From a virus (taxonomy: Duplodnaviria; Caudoviricetes): 44,978 nucleotides of DNA. The notes beneath the pieces are model-generated. The model was not told where the DNA came from. It saw nothing but the letters and a program-made list of their open reading frames with translations, and searched no databases. The position numbers and the translations under genes are program-made. This document shows positions 1-10,621 of this stretch, piece after piece. The stretch lies in IMG/VR virus record IMGVR_UViG_3300018031_000011, positions 1-44,978 of that record; one strand, given 5' to 3'. Positions within the stretch are counted from its first letter, which is position 1. Every line of letters starts with the position of its first letter.

Positions 1-126
1 GGGCTTACAACTACACTGGCGCCGGACGGCTTGAGGGAGTTCATTATCGGTTTTGAGGGTGATCCCTTCGTGAATGCTGCCGGTAACGGTGGCCTCCACG
101 GACTCCGGCACTTCTTCATCGGATAG
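1..126 (+). CDS. C-terminal fragment of a virion (capsid-associated) protein; probably the end of the gene starting at 44425
   Basis: Frame 1 reads GLTTTLAPDGLREFIIGFEGDPFVNAAGNGGLHGLRHFFIG* with TAG at 124-126; the ORF at 44425 is open at the window end. Confidence 0.6.
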   Translation, partial: GLTTTLAPDGLREFIIGFEGDPFVNAAGNGGLHGLRHFFIG

Positions 127-154
127 CGTGTGACTCACACAAGGAACTGTCCAT

Positions 155-832
155 ATGTCCGCAACCATCCGAACAATCGTAGACGATGCTACTGAATTGA
201 TCGGAGAGGTTGCGGGCGTGGGCGTCCAGCAATTCGACGATGACGTTCTGTTTCGTCATGTCATTCGCGCGTTCAATTTACTGTTCAAGAAGACGCATTG
301 GGAGAACTATCGCCAATGGTTTACTGTTGTGCTCGATGGAACGACCGGAGTCATTACAACCGATACGTTCGAGCAGGTAATTGATTTTGACGATTTTATC
401 GCTGTTCACATCGCCGGTGAGACAGGAGCGCTTCCCACGTTATCGAAGAACATAAATCCAAATACGATTAAAGGCACTCGGCCGCGGTGTTATACAAGTT
501 TGCCTGTGACAAATGCGAACTATGTCAAACGCAAGTTGCAAATTTATCCGGTATTGGCAACAGGATCACTAGACGTACATGCCCGTGTATATCCTCTGGT
601 TCCACCAGCGCTAGATTGGGACTTCCTTGATGTTATGCATCTGGACAAGGATATGCTCGTTTATGCGACGGCGTTCATGGCATTGATTGGCAATTCGCTC
701 AATCCAGATGCTGCGAATGTGTGCAAAGAGCTTATGGAGATGAAATTCAATACAATTACTGCTGGTCTGGCAGGTCAGCCTATTCCAATTGAAGGCGACA
801 CGTCTATTCCAACTCAATGGTTCGAACGATGA
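155..832 (+). CDS. Putative head-tail adaptor / tail tubular protein A
   Basis: 225 aa; AAGGA RBS; helical N-terminus and C-terminus typical of adaptors; lies between capsid genes and the nozzle gene. Confidence 0.6.
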   Translation: MSATIRTIVDDATELIGEVAGVGVQQFDDDVLFRHVIRAFNLLFKKTHWENYRQWFTVVLDGTTGVITTDTFEQVIDFDDFIAVHIAGETGALPTLSKNINPNTIKGTRPRCYTSLPVTNANYVKRKLQIYPVLATGSLDVHARVYPLVPPALDWDFLDVMHLDKDMLVYATAFMALIGNSLNPDAANVCKELMEMKFNTITAGLAGQPIPIEGDTSIPTQWFER

Positions 833-2658
833 CCGCTACGTTGCTTCCAAAGAATTTACGAGCGGTCAAGAAGATTCCGCTCGTTCCTTTGACCATTCGC
901 GGTTTCAAAGGCGGGCTGAACTCTGTCGATAATGACATTGAGATGGCTGGGCAGTTCTGTCCGGTGCTGGACAATTGGCGCCGATCGCCTTCCGGTACAC
1001 AGATTCTTCGGTTTGGATCGAACTGGTTCACAGACATTAACAGCGTATCCAATAGTCCAATCGTAGACGAAGTTTTCTTTTCCAATTCGATCATTTCGGT
1101 GCAAGAGAATGGTCAGGTCGTTGCGACGGATGTTGATGGCATTGATACTATCATTTGGAGTGACGCTATTGCAGCCGCTCTTCTTGGAAGCCCTGATGGA
1201 TGGTCTACTGGGCTGGATTCCATAGACTTCGTTCCATTCAAGAACAAATTAGTCATTCACAACGGAGTCGACAAGCCTATCATTTTCGATAGCAATCTCG
1301 TCGGCAAGTATCTGCAAGACGAGGCAACTGGGAGCAATACCAATGTCCCAATCGGCAAGTACGGATGCGTTGTCAGCAATTATCACTGCGTGGCAGGAAT
1401 TCCTGCGGCTCCAACAACTGTCTATATCACAGCACAAGGAACAGTCGGAACGTTTCCTGGCGATCCTCCTCCTAACGATGCTATTTCTCTTGATGTGGGC
1501 GCTTACGCTCCCGAAGGTGCGCCAGAAATTCGAGGAATTGCAGGCTTCCGATCCTTCCTCATCGTCTTCTTTGAAAAACAAGCTCTGCTGATCCAATTGG
1601 GAGTATATGATACCGAATCTCCTCCGAATCATACGCCCAGTTTCAATGACACGATGCCTGCCTTTGGCTTGTTGGGTCATCGATGCATCCTTCAAGTCGA
1701 AAAGGACCTTTTGTTTGCTAGTCAATCTGGTGTCTGCTCTGCCTCACGTAATCTTTTTAGTGGATTGGTCGAAAGTTCGCCGCTCAGCAGTTATGTCGAA
1801 CCAGAGTACAGGCGTGATGTCGGAGCTTTGACCGATGCGCAACTTCTTAAGTCCTGTTTCATGCTCTACAACGAAATGGCGCACGAAACAACGCTGCATC
1901 TTCCTGACGGCAACGGGTTCTTGTACTGTGCCAACGATCAACTTAAATACAAGAGTTGGTCGACGTTTAGCGGCGAGTCTTATCGGTCAGGATGCGTGTC
2001 GTCAAAAGGGCGAATGTTTCTATCATTTGGCAGTCGTATATTCCAAGGAGGCAATAGAATCTTTGCCGGCGAAAGTTATCATGCCGATCGTCTAAACGAC
2101 CGAGACGGCAATTGGAATACCGGTACGCCATATGTAGTGGGCGATATAGCTCGTGATATCGATGTAGATATAAGCTTTATCTGTATCGGGGACCATACAA
2201 GTGGCGGCACAACGTTCGAAGCCGACAGGACAGCACAAGCTACTGAGCCGAAGTGGGAGGAATATCTTGGAGAACCTATCGACTTTGAGCTTGAGATGCC
2301 TTGGCTTGATGGAAAAGATCCAATGCAGATCAAACATATTCGATACGTTTCGATTGCTACGAAAGGAACTGCAGAGTTTACGCTCTCAGTATGGGTGGAC
2401 AATTTATATAAAGATGCTGATGGTGTACTGCAGTATGCCCCTGCTCTATCTATGTTGTTTATTGGTAATGATGCCCCTGGTTTTGGTTTTGACGCTGGCC
2501 CTTATGGTGGTGGTCGGCGTTCTAACGATCCTCGCCTGTATAAGTTCCCTGTTCGTTTCAAAGCTATTAAACCGAAAATATCCGGTTCTACCAGATTCCC
2601 GCTAGAGGTGTCTGGACTGACGTTTCTGTTCGCCCGTGGCAAATATGGACGCGTGTGA
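829..2658 (+). CDS. Putative tail nozzle / tail tubular protein B (P22 gp10 / T7 gp12-like)
   Basis: ~610 aa beta-rich; N-terminal F(K)GGLN motif typical of podoviral nozzle proteins; ATGA overlap with the upstream gene (alternative start 817). Confidence 0.65.
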   Translation: MTATLLPKNLRAVKKIPLVPLTIRGFKGGLNSVDNDIEMAGQFCPVLDNWRRSPSGTQILRFGSNWFTDINSVSNSPIVDEVFFSNSIISVQENGQVVATDVDGIDTIIWSDAIAAALLGSPDGWSTGLDSIDFVPFKNKLVIHNGVDKPIIFDSNLVGKYLQDEATGSNTNVPIGKYGCVVSNYHCVAGIPAAPTTVYITAQGTVGTFPGDPPPNDAISLDVGAYAPEGAPEIRGIAGFRSFLIVFFEKQALLIQLGVYDTESPPNHTPSFNDTMPAFGLLGHRCILQVEKDLLFASQSGVCSASRNLFSGLVESSPLSSYVEPEYRRDVGALTDAQLLKSCFMLYNEMAHETTLHLPDGNGFLYCANDQLKYKSWSTFSGESYRSGCVSSKGRMFLSFGSRIFQGGNRIFAGESYHADRLNDRDGNWNTGTPYVVGDIARDIDVDISFICIGDHTSGGTTFEADRTAQATEPKWEEYLGEPIDFELEMPWLDGKDPMQIKHIRYVSIATKGTAEFTLSVWVDNLYKDADGVLQYAPALSMLFIGNDAPGFGFDAGPYGGGRRSNDPRLYKFPVRFKAIKPKISGSTRFPLEVSGLTFLFARGKYGRV

Positions 2659-2667
2659 GTCACACAG

Positions 2668-4311
2668 ATGACCGATTTCACGGCCCATTTTCGCTTCCAA
2701 ATCCCTGACTTCAACCAGGACCCTTGGCATGCCGAGCTCGAGGCGGCGATTCGCGCAATTGACACAGCGATCTATGAGGCACTGCTCGTCCAGAACGTTG
2801 CAAATTGGGCTAACTCCACCGTCTATGCCGTTGGTTCCATTGTCATTGACCCCGCGACCGGGCTTATGTGGACGTGCGGAGTTGCGAATACAAGTTCTGC
2901 GGCTCCGACAACGTTCGCTCAAGAGCGAGTTGCTCACCCAACTTTCTGGAATGTTACGGCTAATATACCACAGCAACGTGGGACTTGGGTCACTGCGACA
3001 TCGTACATACCAGGAGATTTTGTCGTTGACTCAAACCGTTATGCGGTGTGTCTAATCCCTCACGTCTCTGGCGTGTTCAATACTGATCTTGCTGCAGCGC
3101 GATGGGTCGTCCTCATCGATTTGTCGAGCCTCGGTGTCGGCCTGAATGCAACTGCCGAGGATACGATCGCTGCTGCAGGCACAACCGATATTGGCTCGAA
3201 GGCTGCAACGCGTTTGAGCGTGACGGGTTCAGCGGTCATTACTAGTTTCGGCGTCGTCGCGAACACTTATAAGATTCTTCGATTCGCGGCAGGATCAACG
3301 CTGACGAATAACGCCAATATAATATTGTTCAGTGCGAATATCACAACCGAGGCGAATGATATTGCGTTCTTCTCATCGAGTAACACTGGTGTGTTTCGCT
3401 TGTATTTCTATTCACGTGCGTCCGGTGTGCCTCTGGGGCAGCCTGATGCATCTGAGACAGTTAAAGGGATTGCCGAGCTCGCGACACAGACCGAAGTCAA
3501 TACCGGTACTGACGATTTGCGTATCGTCACGCCTCTTAAGATGGTTACGTATGTAACGGCGTCTATAGCAAACGCTGTCAGTATCATTCTTGGTGGTGTC
3601 GGTTCCACGCTCGATACACTTGGCGAGATTGCAGCGGCTATCGGTTTGTTGGCGCCAAAAGCTAATCCTACGTTTACAGGTACTATCGAAGCCGATCAGT
3701 TACATACAACAGGCAACGCGAATCTAGCTGGCGGTACTAGCCTTCCTGCCGGCGATATCTCGATGACCGATTTAGCAGCAACTGCAAGTCCGTATGAACG
3801 ACAACATTATCATATTCGCGAAGAGCAGACGAACGGTACGGATGGTGGGCTCTTGACGCACAATGCATGGAATACATGTGTATTGAACGCTGAATTAACC
3901 GACGACTTCGCGATTACTCCTTCTGGCAATCAGCTATCTTTGGCCTCGGGGAGGTATCGGGTCGAAGCGGATGCTATGGCGCACTTTACTGGCTTGATGC
4001 AGCGTGCTTCTGGAGAATTTGCTAATAGTAAACTGCGCGTCAGGAACATAACGGATGGGGCTACATTACTAACTGGACTGTCTGCGCGCTTTTCCATTCT
4101 TGATGATGGCGGAGGTAACGATGAAGCTGCAGACTTTACACTCTTTGTAAGAATGTCAGGTGAATTTACACTTGCTGGTACCAAGACAATAGAATTGCAA
4201 CATTGGGTGTTTAACAGTTTTGTCTCGAGTCCGGCTATTAGAAGCGGAAAGGCTGTATCGTCAGGTGAAAAAGAAGTATATACAGACTTTCGGTTCTGGA
4301 AGATATCGTAA
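2668..4311 (+). CDS. Tail fibre / receptor-binding protein 1
   Basis: 547 aa Ala/Thr/Gly-rich; W-x5-Y-x2-G carbohydrate-binding-like modules; ASETVKGIAELATQTE and LDTLGEIAAAI fibre repeats. Confidence 0.75.
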   Translation: MTDFTAHFRFQIPDFNQDPWHAELEAAIRAIDTAIYEALLVQNVANWANSTVYAVGSIVIDPATGLMWTCGVANTSSAAPTTFAQERVAHPTFWNVTANIPQQRGTWVTATSYIPGDFVVDSNRYAVCLIPHVSGVFNTDLAAARWVVLIDLSSLGVGLNATAEDTIAAAGTTDIGSKAATRLSVTGSAVITSFGVVANTYKILRFAAGSTLTNNANIILFSANITTEANDIAFFSSSNTGVFRLYFYSRASGVPLGQPDASETVKGIAELATQTEVNTGTDDLRIVTPLKMVTYVTASIANAVSIILGGVGSTLDTLGEIAAAIGLLAPKANPTFTGTIEADQLHTTGNANLAGGTSLPAGDISMTDLAATASPYERQHYHIREEQTNGTDGGLLTHNAWNTCVLNAELTDDFAITPSGNQLSLASGRYRVEADAMAHFTGLMQRASGEFANSKLRVRNITDGATLLTGLSARFSILDDGGGNDEAADFTLFVRMSGEFTLAGTKTIELQHWVFNSFVSSPAIRSGKAVSSGEKEVYTDFRFWKIS

Positions 4312-4327
4312 TGTGTGAGTCACACAG

Positions 4328-5791
4328 ATGACAACGTCATTTACCACACACTTTAGGTTTGGCATACCAGACTTCTTGTCGGCGCCGTGGCACGCCGATT
4401 TTCAGACGTTGGTACAGAAAATTGATGAAGTTCTTTACGAAATTGCGATCGTAAGTAATGTAACAATCTGGACAAATTCAACAGTTTATACTGTTGGCAT
4501 GCTTGTTATTAGTCCCGAAGACGGGTTGATGTACACTTGTCAAGTTGCACATACCAGCGCGGCCTCGCCAACAACATTCGCGGCTGATCGCATTGCACAT
4601 CCAACGTTCTGGCTTGCCTTTGGTGTCGGACCGGACCTGTCAGCAGTTGAGGCATTGACAACAACAGGCATAGCTGTCCGTACTGCCGATGCTTTATGGA
4701 CAACACGTACACTTGTAGCGCCTGTAGCGGGTCTCACAATAACTAATCCTGCTGGCATTGCCGGCAATATCACATTCGCGTTGGCGAATGATTTAGCAAC
4801 GTTAGAAGCATTAGCGTCCACTGGATTCCCTGTCCGTACTGCAGCGGATACATGGGCACTGCGTACGTGGCAAGCACCAGTTGCAGGCATTACAATTTCA
4901 AATCCGGCAGGTATTGTAGGTGATCCAGCTATTGTACTGGCAAACGATCTTGCCGCTGTAGAAGGACTGGCATCTACGGGACTTGCTTCACGTACTGGAA
5001 CCGATACGTGGACTGTGCGGACGATGCAAGCTCCAGCTGCTGGTTTCTCTATTACTAATCCAGCAGGTATAGCCGGCGATCCTACTTTTGCGTTGACTAA
5101 TGACTTAGGTGCTATTGAAGCTCTAAACGCGAACGCGATACTTGTCAGAACAGTCACCGATAGCGGGACCGCCCGAACAATAACGGCACCAGCCTCTAGC
5201 AGCACTGTGTCTAATGGGAATGGTGTGTCTGGCAAGCCGACACTCGCGCTTGCGAATGATCTGGCGGCGCTTGAGGCACTTGCGTCTAATGGCTTCGCCG
5301 AGCGTACGGGTACTGATACTTGGCAAATTACTGGTTTCACTGGTACTGGGAACGTAGTTCGTGCAAGTTCGCCGGCGCTCGTCACACCAGCGCTTGGCAC
5401 ACCTGCATCTGGCGATCTTTCTAACACTGTTGGCTACACGGAAAGTATCGTTGTCGCTGTTGGTGATGAGTTGACTGCAATTACGACCGGAGCCAGCAAA
5501 GTCACGTTTCGCATGCCGTACGCCTTCACGGTAACGGCGGTGCGTGCTTCGCTGACTACGGCGCAGGCGTCGGGTAGCATTTTCACCGTCGATATCAATG
5601 AGACTGCGACAACGATCTTGAGCACCAAGCTCACGATCGACAATACCGAAAAGACTAGTGTTACTGCGGCCACCGCTCCGGTGATTTCGGATGCCAGTTT
5701 GGCTGACGATGCGGAAATCACAATCGACGTTGATCAGATCGGCGATGGCACTGCTAAGGGTCTCAAGGTTACTTTGATTGGGAAGCGCTGA
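4328..5791 (+). CDS. Tail fibre protein 2 with 52-aa internal repeats
   Basis: N-terminal ~95 aa paralogous to fibre 1; 4.5 tandem 52-aa repeats; beta-rich C-terminal domain. Confidence 0.75.
   Translation: MTTSFTTHFRFGIPDFLSAPWHADFQTLVQKIDEVLYEIAIVSNVTIWTNSTVYTVGMLVISPEDGLMYTCQVAHTSAASPTTFAADRIAHPTFWLAFGVGPDLSAVEALTTTGIAVRTADALWTTRTLVAPVAGLTITNPAGIAGNITFALANDLATLEALASTGFPVRTAADTWALRTWQAPVAGITISNPAGIVGDPAIVLANDLAAVEGLASTGLASRTGTDTWTVRTMQAPAAGFSITNPAGIAGDPTFALTNDLGAIEALNANAILVRTVTDSGTARTITAPASSSTVSNGNGVSGKPTLALANDLAALEALASNGFAERTGTDTWQITGFTGTGNVVRASSPALVTPALGTPASGDLSNTVGYTESIVVAVGDELTAITTGASKVTFRMPYAFTVTAVRASLTTAQASGSIFTVDINETATTILSTKLTIDNTEKTSVTAATAPVISDASLADDAEITIDVDQIGDGTAKGLKVTLIGKR
4637..5330 (+). 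repeat. 4.5 x 156-bp (52-aa) coding tandem repeat in tail fibre 2
   Basis: Units like LAAVEGLASTGLASRTGTDTWTVRTMQAPAAGFSITNPAGIAGDPTFALTND. Confidence 0.85.
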
Positions 5792-6543
5792 TGGACTTCT
5801 TCGCCGCAAAACCAGCGATCATTATCCCGTCCAAGGAACTTGTGCGGCCGGATCGCAAGCTGATCTTGCCAGCGATTAGCTTTCTATCTTCTGGCCGATT
5901 TGGTAGCGTTGCATCACCGACATCGACATTCATAGGGTCAGCTGTCGACGCGACCAATCTGACTACTTACACATTTACGTCGCAAGCCATTGGTGCTGCC
6001 GATGCAACAAGGCGCGTAATCGTTGCGTTACAGGCTGCTGGTAACGGTGTAAATCGCACCCTTAGCAGTGCGACCATTGGAGGCGCTGGGGCGACCATAC
6101 ATGTACAAACTGGCGCAAGTCAAAATTCAGCAGCCTTTATATCACTTCCTGTAGCTGCCGGAACAACTGCTACTATCACGGCCACGTATAGTGGCGCATG
6201 TGCTAGTTGTGGCATCGGTGTGTATAGACTTATTAATGAAACATCAGGATCGCCGACTGATACAGATGTTGACATCAACTTGTCCGGTGCCGATCTATCA
6301 GTTGCAATTGATGTTCCATCACAAGGATCGTTGTTTGCTGTTGCTGGTGGACAGCCTGTTCTTAGAACGGTGACGTGGACAGGAGCCACTGAGCAGTATG
6401 ATGCGGCCGTAGATGCCGTGTTTGTATCCTTCCACTCTGGAGCTTTTGAGTCATCGTTAGGGAGTCAGACTGGCCGAACTGTAACGGCTACTTATAACGT
6501 CGCTCCCACTGGTGCAGGAATGGCGGTAATGACTTGGGGTTAG
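5791..6543 (+). CDS. Putative tail-fibre tip / receptor-binding subunit
   Basis: 250 aa Ala/Thr/Ser/Gly beta-rich; TGATG overlap with fibre 2. Confidence 0.55.
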   Translation: MDFFAAKPAIIIPSKELVRPDRKLILPAISFLSSGRFGSVASPTSTFIGSAVDATNLTTYTFTSQAIGAADATRRVIVALQAAGNGVNRTLSSATIGGAGATIHVQTGASQNSAAFISLPVAAGTTATITATYSGACASCGIGVYRLINETSGSPTDTDVDINLSGADLSVAIDVPSQGSLFAVAGGQPVLRTVTWTGATEQYDAAVDAVFVSFHSGAFESSLGSQTGRTVTATYNVAPTGAGMAVMTWG

Positions 6544-6555
6544 CAGGAGAGAAGA

Positions 6556-6765
6556 ATGAAACATCATATGTCTACATACGTGTCCGTTCCCGAAGAAGAC
6601 GGTCAAGCCAAACTGCGCGCATTAGCTTCCGAGCGTTTGGGCGGTACCGAAGGGCTAGAGTGCGTATCTTGGCACTTGGTAAGTGAACAATTGTGTGGTA
6701 CATTTACTCGTACTTGGGAAGACCCTGAGCCCGATGCTGATCCCGTACCAGAAACTAAAGAATAG
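6556..6765 (+). CDS. Hypothetical protein (possible fibre chaperone)
   Basis: AGGAG RBS; 69 aa; follows the fibre genes. Confidence 0.55.
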   Translation: MKHHMSTYVSVPEEDGQAKLRALASERLGGTEGLECVSWHLVSEQLCGTFTRTWEDPEPDADPVPETKE

Positions 6766-6791
6766 CTGTGTGAGTCACACGGAGAGCGAAC

Positions 6792-7736
6792 ATGTCCTGG
6801 ATTAGCGAAATGTTCAGTCACAATGCAGCCGAGGGCGCAGCACGGGCTGAGGAGGAGAAGCGTAAGTCTGACGAAGCAAAGGCTGCGGCCGATGCCAAGG
6901 CTGCGAAGGAGGCTGCAGATGCCAAAGCGTATGCAGACGCCGAGACGCTTCGAACAGGTGCTTCAGGCGCCGCTCGAACGTCAGCCAATCGATATTTTCA
7001 GGAACGCGGCTTCAATCCAGATGACTACGCTCCTGAGATCGACCAACGCATATCAGAGATCATGGGGTCTACGGCCCACGATGATCCGAACATCGGGTCT
7101 TATCTCAAGAATCTGGGCGACACCATCTTTACGAATCGCCAAGATGCCGACCGTTCGAAAGCAGGTATCTCACTGAACTCACAATTCGGTCCAGACTATG
7201 AGTTCAGTCACATCACCGATTCCCTCGACGACCCAATTCTGGGTGACATCTATAATGAACAATACAACACCGCCGACAACTATATCAAAAACCTCTCGAA
7301 GCGTGGCGTCATCAATCAAACTGGCGTTACCAGCGCTGAGAACGACCTGAACAAACAAGGATCAAAAGTCCGTGCAACTCTCAATGATCTTGGCAATACA
7401 ACACTGGCGGGTGGTCGACAGGGACTCACTGACATCATCAACCGTGCCCGCAGCACTGCTTCGACCTTACCATTTGGGTCAAACTTCGACGCCGGCGCAT
7501 TCGCTGGACAGGCAAATACTGCTTTCGACAAATTCGTGTCTGGTCTCGGGGATACACTGCGTTCCAAGGTTCCGACGGAAGGACTATTTGACACAAGCGG
7601 GCTTGCCTCTATAGCCGGTGCCGGTCAAGGTGCGCAAAACTTCAAGTTCGATCCGAAGGCGTTGGCTGGTATAACGCAAGGCGATAATCAAGACGACGAA
7701 GATCAGAACAACGCTGTGAGCCGTATCAGCTTCTGA
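6792..7736 (+). CDS. Putative internal virion / DNA ejection protein
   Basis: 314 aa helical, Ala/Gly-rich; GGAG RBS; position after tail genes as in podoviruses. Confidence 0.55.
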   Translation: MSWISEMFSHNAAEGAARAEEEKRKSDEAKAAADAKAAKEAADAKAYADAETLRTGASGAARTSANRYFQERGFNPDDYAPEIDQRISEIMGSTAHDDPNIGSYLKNLGDTIFTNRQDADRSKAGISLNSQFGPDYEFSHITDSLDDPILGDIYNEQYNTADNYIKNLSKRGVINQTGVTSAENDLNKQGSKVRATLNDLGNTTLAGGRQGLTDIINRARSTASTLPFGSNFDAGAFAGQANTAFDKFVSGLGDTLRSKVPTEGLFDTSGLASIAGAGQGAQNFKFDPKALAGITQGDNQDDEDQNNAVSRISF

Positions 7737-7746
7737 GGTACATCCG

Positions 7747-8694
7747 ATGCCTATTGATCCAGTCACTGGCTTCCTCACTGCCGGAACGTTAGTAGGCAAC
7801 ATCCTACAAGGTAGTGAACAGAGCTATCAGAATCAGCAGAACCTCGCATTCCAGAAATGGCTTGCGAATGAACAGCTGAAGCTGGGCAAGGCGTCACGTA
7901 CAGACGCCATGGGTAATACTGTTCGCTATGATCCAGGTCTGAATGCTTGGGTCACGGACCTTTCGCCAACGCAACGCGCACTCTCGAAGGCAGGTGAACA
8001 TGAACAACTGCTTGGTCTTACAGACGATGCTGCAAAAAGTCGTGTTATCCGGGAGCGTGCATACAATCGAGGAATGGGCGCCGCCGATGATTTTACCCGT
8101 GCCAGAGCCGATTACAACTACGGCTACAATCCTTCTGAAGGAGCCATTACCAACGATATCGCGAGCTTGATGCTTCGCGCTAGATCAGGCGCTGGTGGTA
8201 ACGATGCACCAAACAAGTTCCTTCGCCAACGAGGCAATTTGCCTGTTATCAATTCTGGCGCCGGTAGTCCTGGGGGTGTGTCTGGCGTTGCTGATGCTCT
8301 ACTACAAGCGCGGCAAGGGGCCATAGGTGAGCGTGGTCAGCGACAACAACAGCGTCAAGCAAAGCTTCCTGAAATGCAATCACTTGCTGCTATGAGCGAC
8401 GCCGGCGGTGGAGGCAATACGCCGTTCCCGAACTTCGACAAACTGTTCGCTAGTGAAGGTGATCAGTCCAAACAATTACTTGGTGCCATGGAAGCTGGTG
8501 GCAAAGGAGTCGGCAGCGCCTATACCAATATTAGCAAACAGAAACCGATATTTGATATGGGCGACACCGCTCGATTGATAACGGCTCTGCGCGGTGGTAC
8601 TCCCTCTACGGGCAAGGCAAAAGCAGACGCGATTGCATCGTCGACAACGGATGAGCGATCGATCGACGATATCATGTACGGCTTAACCGTGTGA
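7747..8694 (+). CDS. Putative internal virion / ejection (pilot) protein
   Basis: 315 aa Gly/Ala/Gln-rich with hydrophobic Gly-rich N-terminus (DPVTGFLTAGTLVGNILQG). Confidence 0.55.
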   Translation: MPIDPVTGFLTAGTLVGNILQGSEQSYQNQQNLAFQKWLANEQLKLGKASRTDAMGNTVRYDPGLNAWVTDLSPTQRALSKAGEHEQLLGLTDDAAKSRVIRERAYNRGMGAADDFTRARADYNYGYNPSEGAITNDIASLMLRARSGAGGNDAPNKFLRQRGNLPVINSGAGSPGGVSGVADALLQARQGAIGERGQRQQQRQAKLPEMQSLAAMSDAGGGGNTPFPNFDKLFASEGDQSKQLLGAMEAGGKGVGSAYTNISKQKPIFDMGDTARLITALRGGTPSTGKAKADAIASSTTDERSIDDIMYGLTV

Positions 8695-8906
8695 GTCACA
8701 CAGTGGACGAAAAAGAAATCGAAAATCGAATGCTGCGCGAGCAATACGGCATGCTCAAACGTCGTGGTACGCCCGATACCGATCCGCGTATCAAGGCCAT
8801 CCTGCGCACTATCGAAAAGCAGAAGCTTGGGAAGCCCAAAGAGGGTGTAGATTTCCCGCCACAGATCAAGTTTAAGCCTCGGAGGAAGCAACATGGCCTC
8901 AGTTGA
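8691..8906 (+). CDS. Hypothetical basic protein (start GTG 8691 or 8703)
   Basis: Fills the gap between adjacent genes with overlaps at both ends. Confidence 0.55.
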   Translation: MSHTVDEKEIENRMLREQYGMLKRRGTPDTDPRIKAILRTIEKQKLGKPKEGVDFPPQIKFKPRRKQHGLS

Positions 8907-9684
8907 TCCCAGGATTATCGAGGCTATTGTCAACTCGCGTCTCAAGGGGCGTGGGCCTGATTCTATGCAGCCGCACAATCCGGAGTGGTTCGGTTACAAG
9001 AACTACCCAGAAATCTTCGATGGGATAGATCAAGGCAATTACGAAGGCTATCTTTTTCAGAATGAGCCAGACGACCGACAACATTTGTTTGGGAAGTTTG
9101 CACAGTACCAAGGTATGCCGCAGGCTCCAGACGTTCCCAGTGCTCGTGATATCCGAGGGCTCGAGCGCGGCGATCCTGAGATGCGTAGTCGGTTCGAAGA
9201 TCGTTTCGGTACCGAGTCACGTAACCGTGCTGATCAAGGCGTTGCGCAGAACGATAGAAACTACATACCGACGCCACGGCCACGTCCAGGCGAGGCGCCG
9301 CAAGCCGGGCCTGACGATTATATCGGCACTATGCCTGAGCCGATGAAACCATTCGAGACACCTGGGCCTGTACCTGAGGAAGTCTATGGCTATATGCCAG
9401 GGTTACGGGACCGTGTGAAGGAGCAGCTGGAGGGCGAAGGGCCATCGCGCGATCTGAAACGTGACCGTTTAGACGGCAGCATGTGGGATCGTGCGATGGC
9501 TCCTTTTGCTGATCAGCCAACAGGCAATATACAAGACTATCGCATGATGGCAATTGAGAACATGATAAAACGGGGCGCAGATACCAATCCGCAGGAAGAT
9601 TACAATCCAGAGTCACTACCGCCTATGCCTGAAATGGATGCTGACGAATTGGTCCGAAAGCAACTTGAGGGGTGGAGACGATGA
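8893..9684 (+). CDS. Hypothetical Pro/Asp/Glu-rich protein
   Basis: 263 aa; GGAGG RBS. Confidence 0.7.
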   Translation: MASVDPRIIEAIVNSRLKGRGPDSMQPHNPEWFGYKNYPEIFDGIDQGNYEGYLFQNEPDDRQHLFGKFAQYQGMPQAPDVPSARDIRGLERGDPEMRSRFEDRFGTESRNRADQGVAQNDRNYIPTPRPRPGEAPQAGPDDYIGTMPEPMKPFETPGPVPEEVYGYMPGLRDRVKEQLEGEGPSRDLKRDRLDGSMWDRAMAPFADQPTGNIQDYRMMAIENMIKRGADTNPQEDYNPESLPPMPEMDADELVRKQLEGWRR

Positions 9685-9717
9685 CCAAAACGTGTGAGTC
9701 ACACAGGAGAAGGTACC

Positions 9718-9921
9718 GTGAACACCCCGGATATCAATGTCATCATGTGGCTGATTATCGCCGTGATGAATGGACTTAACTTGTACTATACACGTACGCT
9801 CGAGAAGAATACCAATAGCAAAATGGATAAGGTGATCCAACTAACTGCAGCCCTGGCAGAAGCTAAAGGCCGGAGCGATATGCAAAAAGAGACACGGGAT
9901 AGAGCCGGAGACGAACAATGA
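9718..9921 (+). CDS. Small membrane protein (one N-terminal TM helix)
   Basis: AGGAG then GTG 9718; INVIMWLIIAVMNGLNLYY hydrophobic segment. Confidence 0.55.
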   Translation: MNTPDINVIMWLIIAVMNGLNLYYTRTLEKNTNSKMDKVIQLTAALAEAKGRSDMQKETRDRAGDEQ

Positions 9922-10595
9922 CCGACGAAGAGATGCTTCGGTATATTCGCGGTTCGATGGGCGGTAAGCGTGCAGACGCTACGGACTATCTGAAAGAGTT
10001 ACAAGAGCCGATGATACCAAAGCGTACACAGCCTATGAACGCAGGAGCGGTGTACGATGTGGAACCGGAACCTTATGAAGAAGGCGAGGAGCCGGAATAT
10101 GCCGGAGCGGCACCTATGCCTCCGATAGAACAAACATCACGAGACCGGTACCAAGAGGATGCAGACCGCGTTCGTAGCAATCGGCTCGCTGATCCATACG
10201 AGGATCGTGGCATTTTCAATTTCAAGCTCGACGATATCCGCGACGCGTTGCGATGGGGTAAAGGCGACGAGGTAGGCGACGATGCGCTTTACTCTCTCAA
10301 CGAGTCAGAAAATCCGTTCAAAGGTATAGCCGATGCTGTTTATCAACGTATCAAAGGGCTCAATCCAGACGCCGACGACTTCGATCTGATAAGGCAAATG
10401 CGACAAAAACTCAACATGTCGAAGCCAAGCAAACTATACGATATGGTCCGTGACGATGACGAGTTCCGTGCTGCGAATCCAGGTAGAGGCGGGATGTTTA
10501 GGCTCGACGAGGCAAAGGGCGATCCGGCCGGCGATAGATATGCCTATCCACAGCGAGGCGGACGGGCGCGTCGAGGTTCAGTGTACGAGGAATAA
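9918..10595 (+). CDS. Hypothetical acidic protein
   Basis: 225 aa; GGAG RBS; ATGA overlap. Confidence 0.7.
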   Translation: MTDEEMLRYIRGSMGGKRADATDYLKELQEPMIPKRTQPMNAGAVYDVEPEPYEEGEEPEYAGAAPMPPIEQTSRDRYQEDADRVRSNRLADPYEDRGIFNFKLDDIRDALRWGKGDEVGDDALYSLNESENPFKGIADAVYQRIKGLNPDADDFDLIRQMRQKLNMSKPSKLYDMVRDDDEFRAANPGRGGMFRLDEAKGDPAGDRYAYPQRGGRARRGSVYEE

Positions 10596-10621
10596 CCGTG
10601 TGAATCACACAGGAGGCAACA

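Noticed and set aside
128-140. Palindrome as a CRP/FNR site
   Set aside because: It shares TGTGA/TCACA half-sites, but CRP needs a 6-bp spacer and this motif has 1 bp.
4540-5427. 295-aa antisense ORF over tail fibre 2
   Set aside because: It mirrors the Ala/Thr/Gly repeats of the sense gene.
2668-6543. Diversity-generating retroelement acting on the fibres
   Set aside because: No reverse transcriptase and no adenine-specific TR/VR repeat pair was seen.
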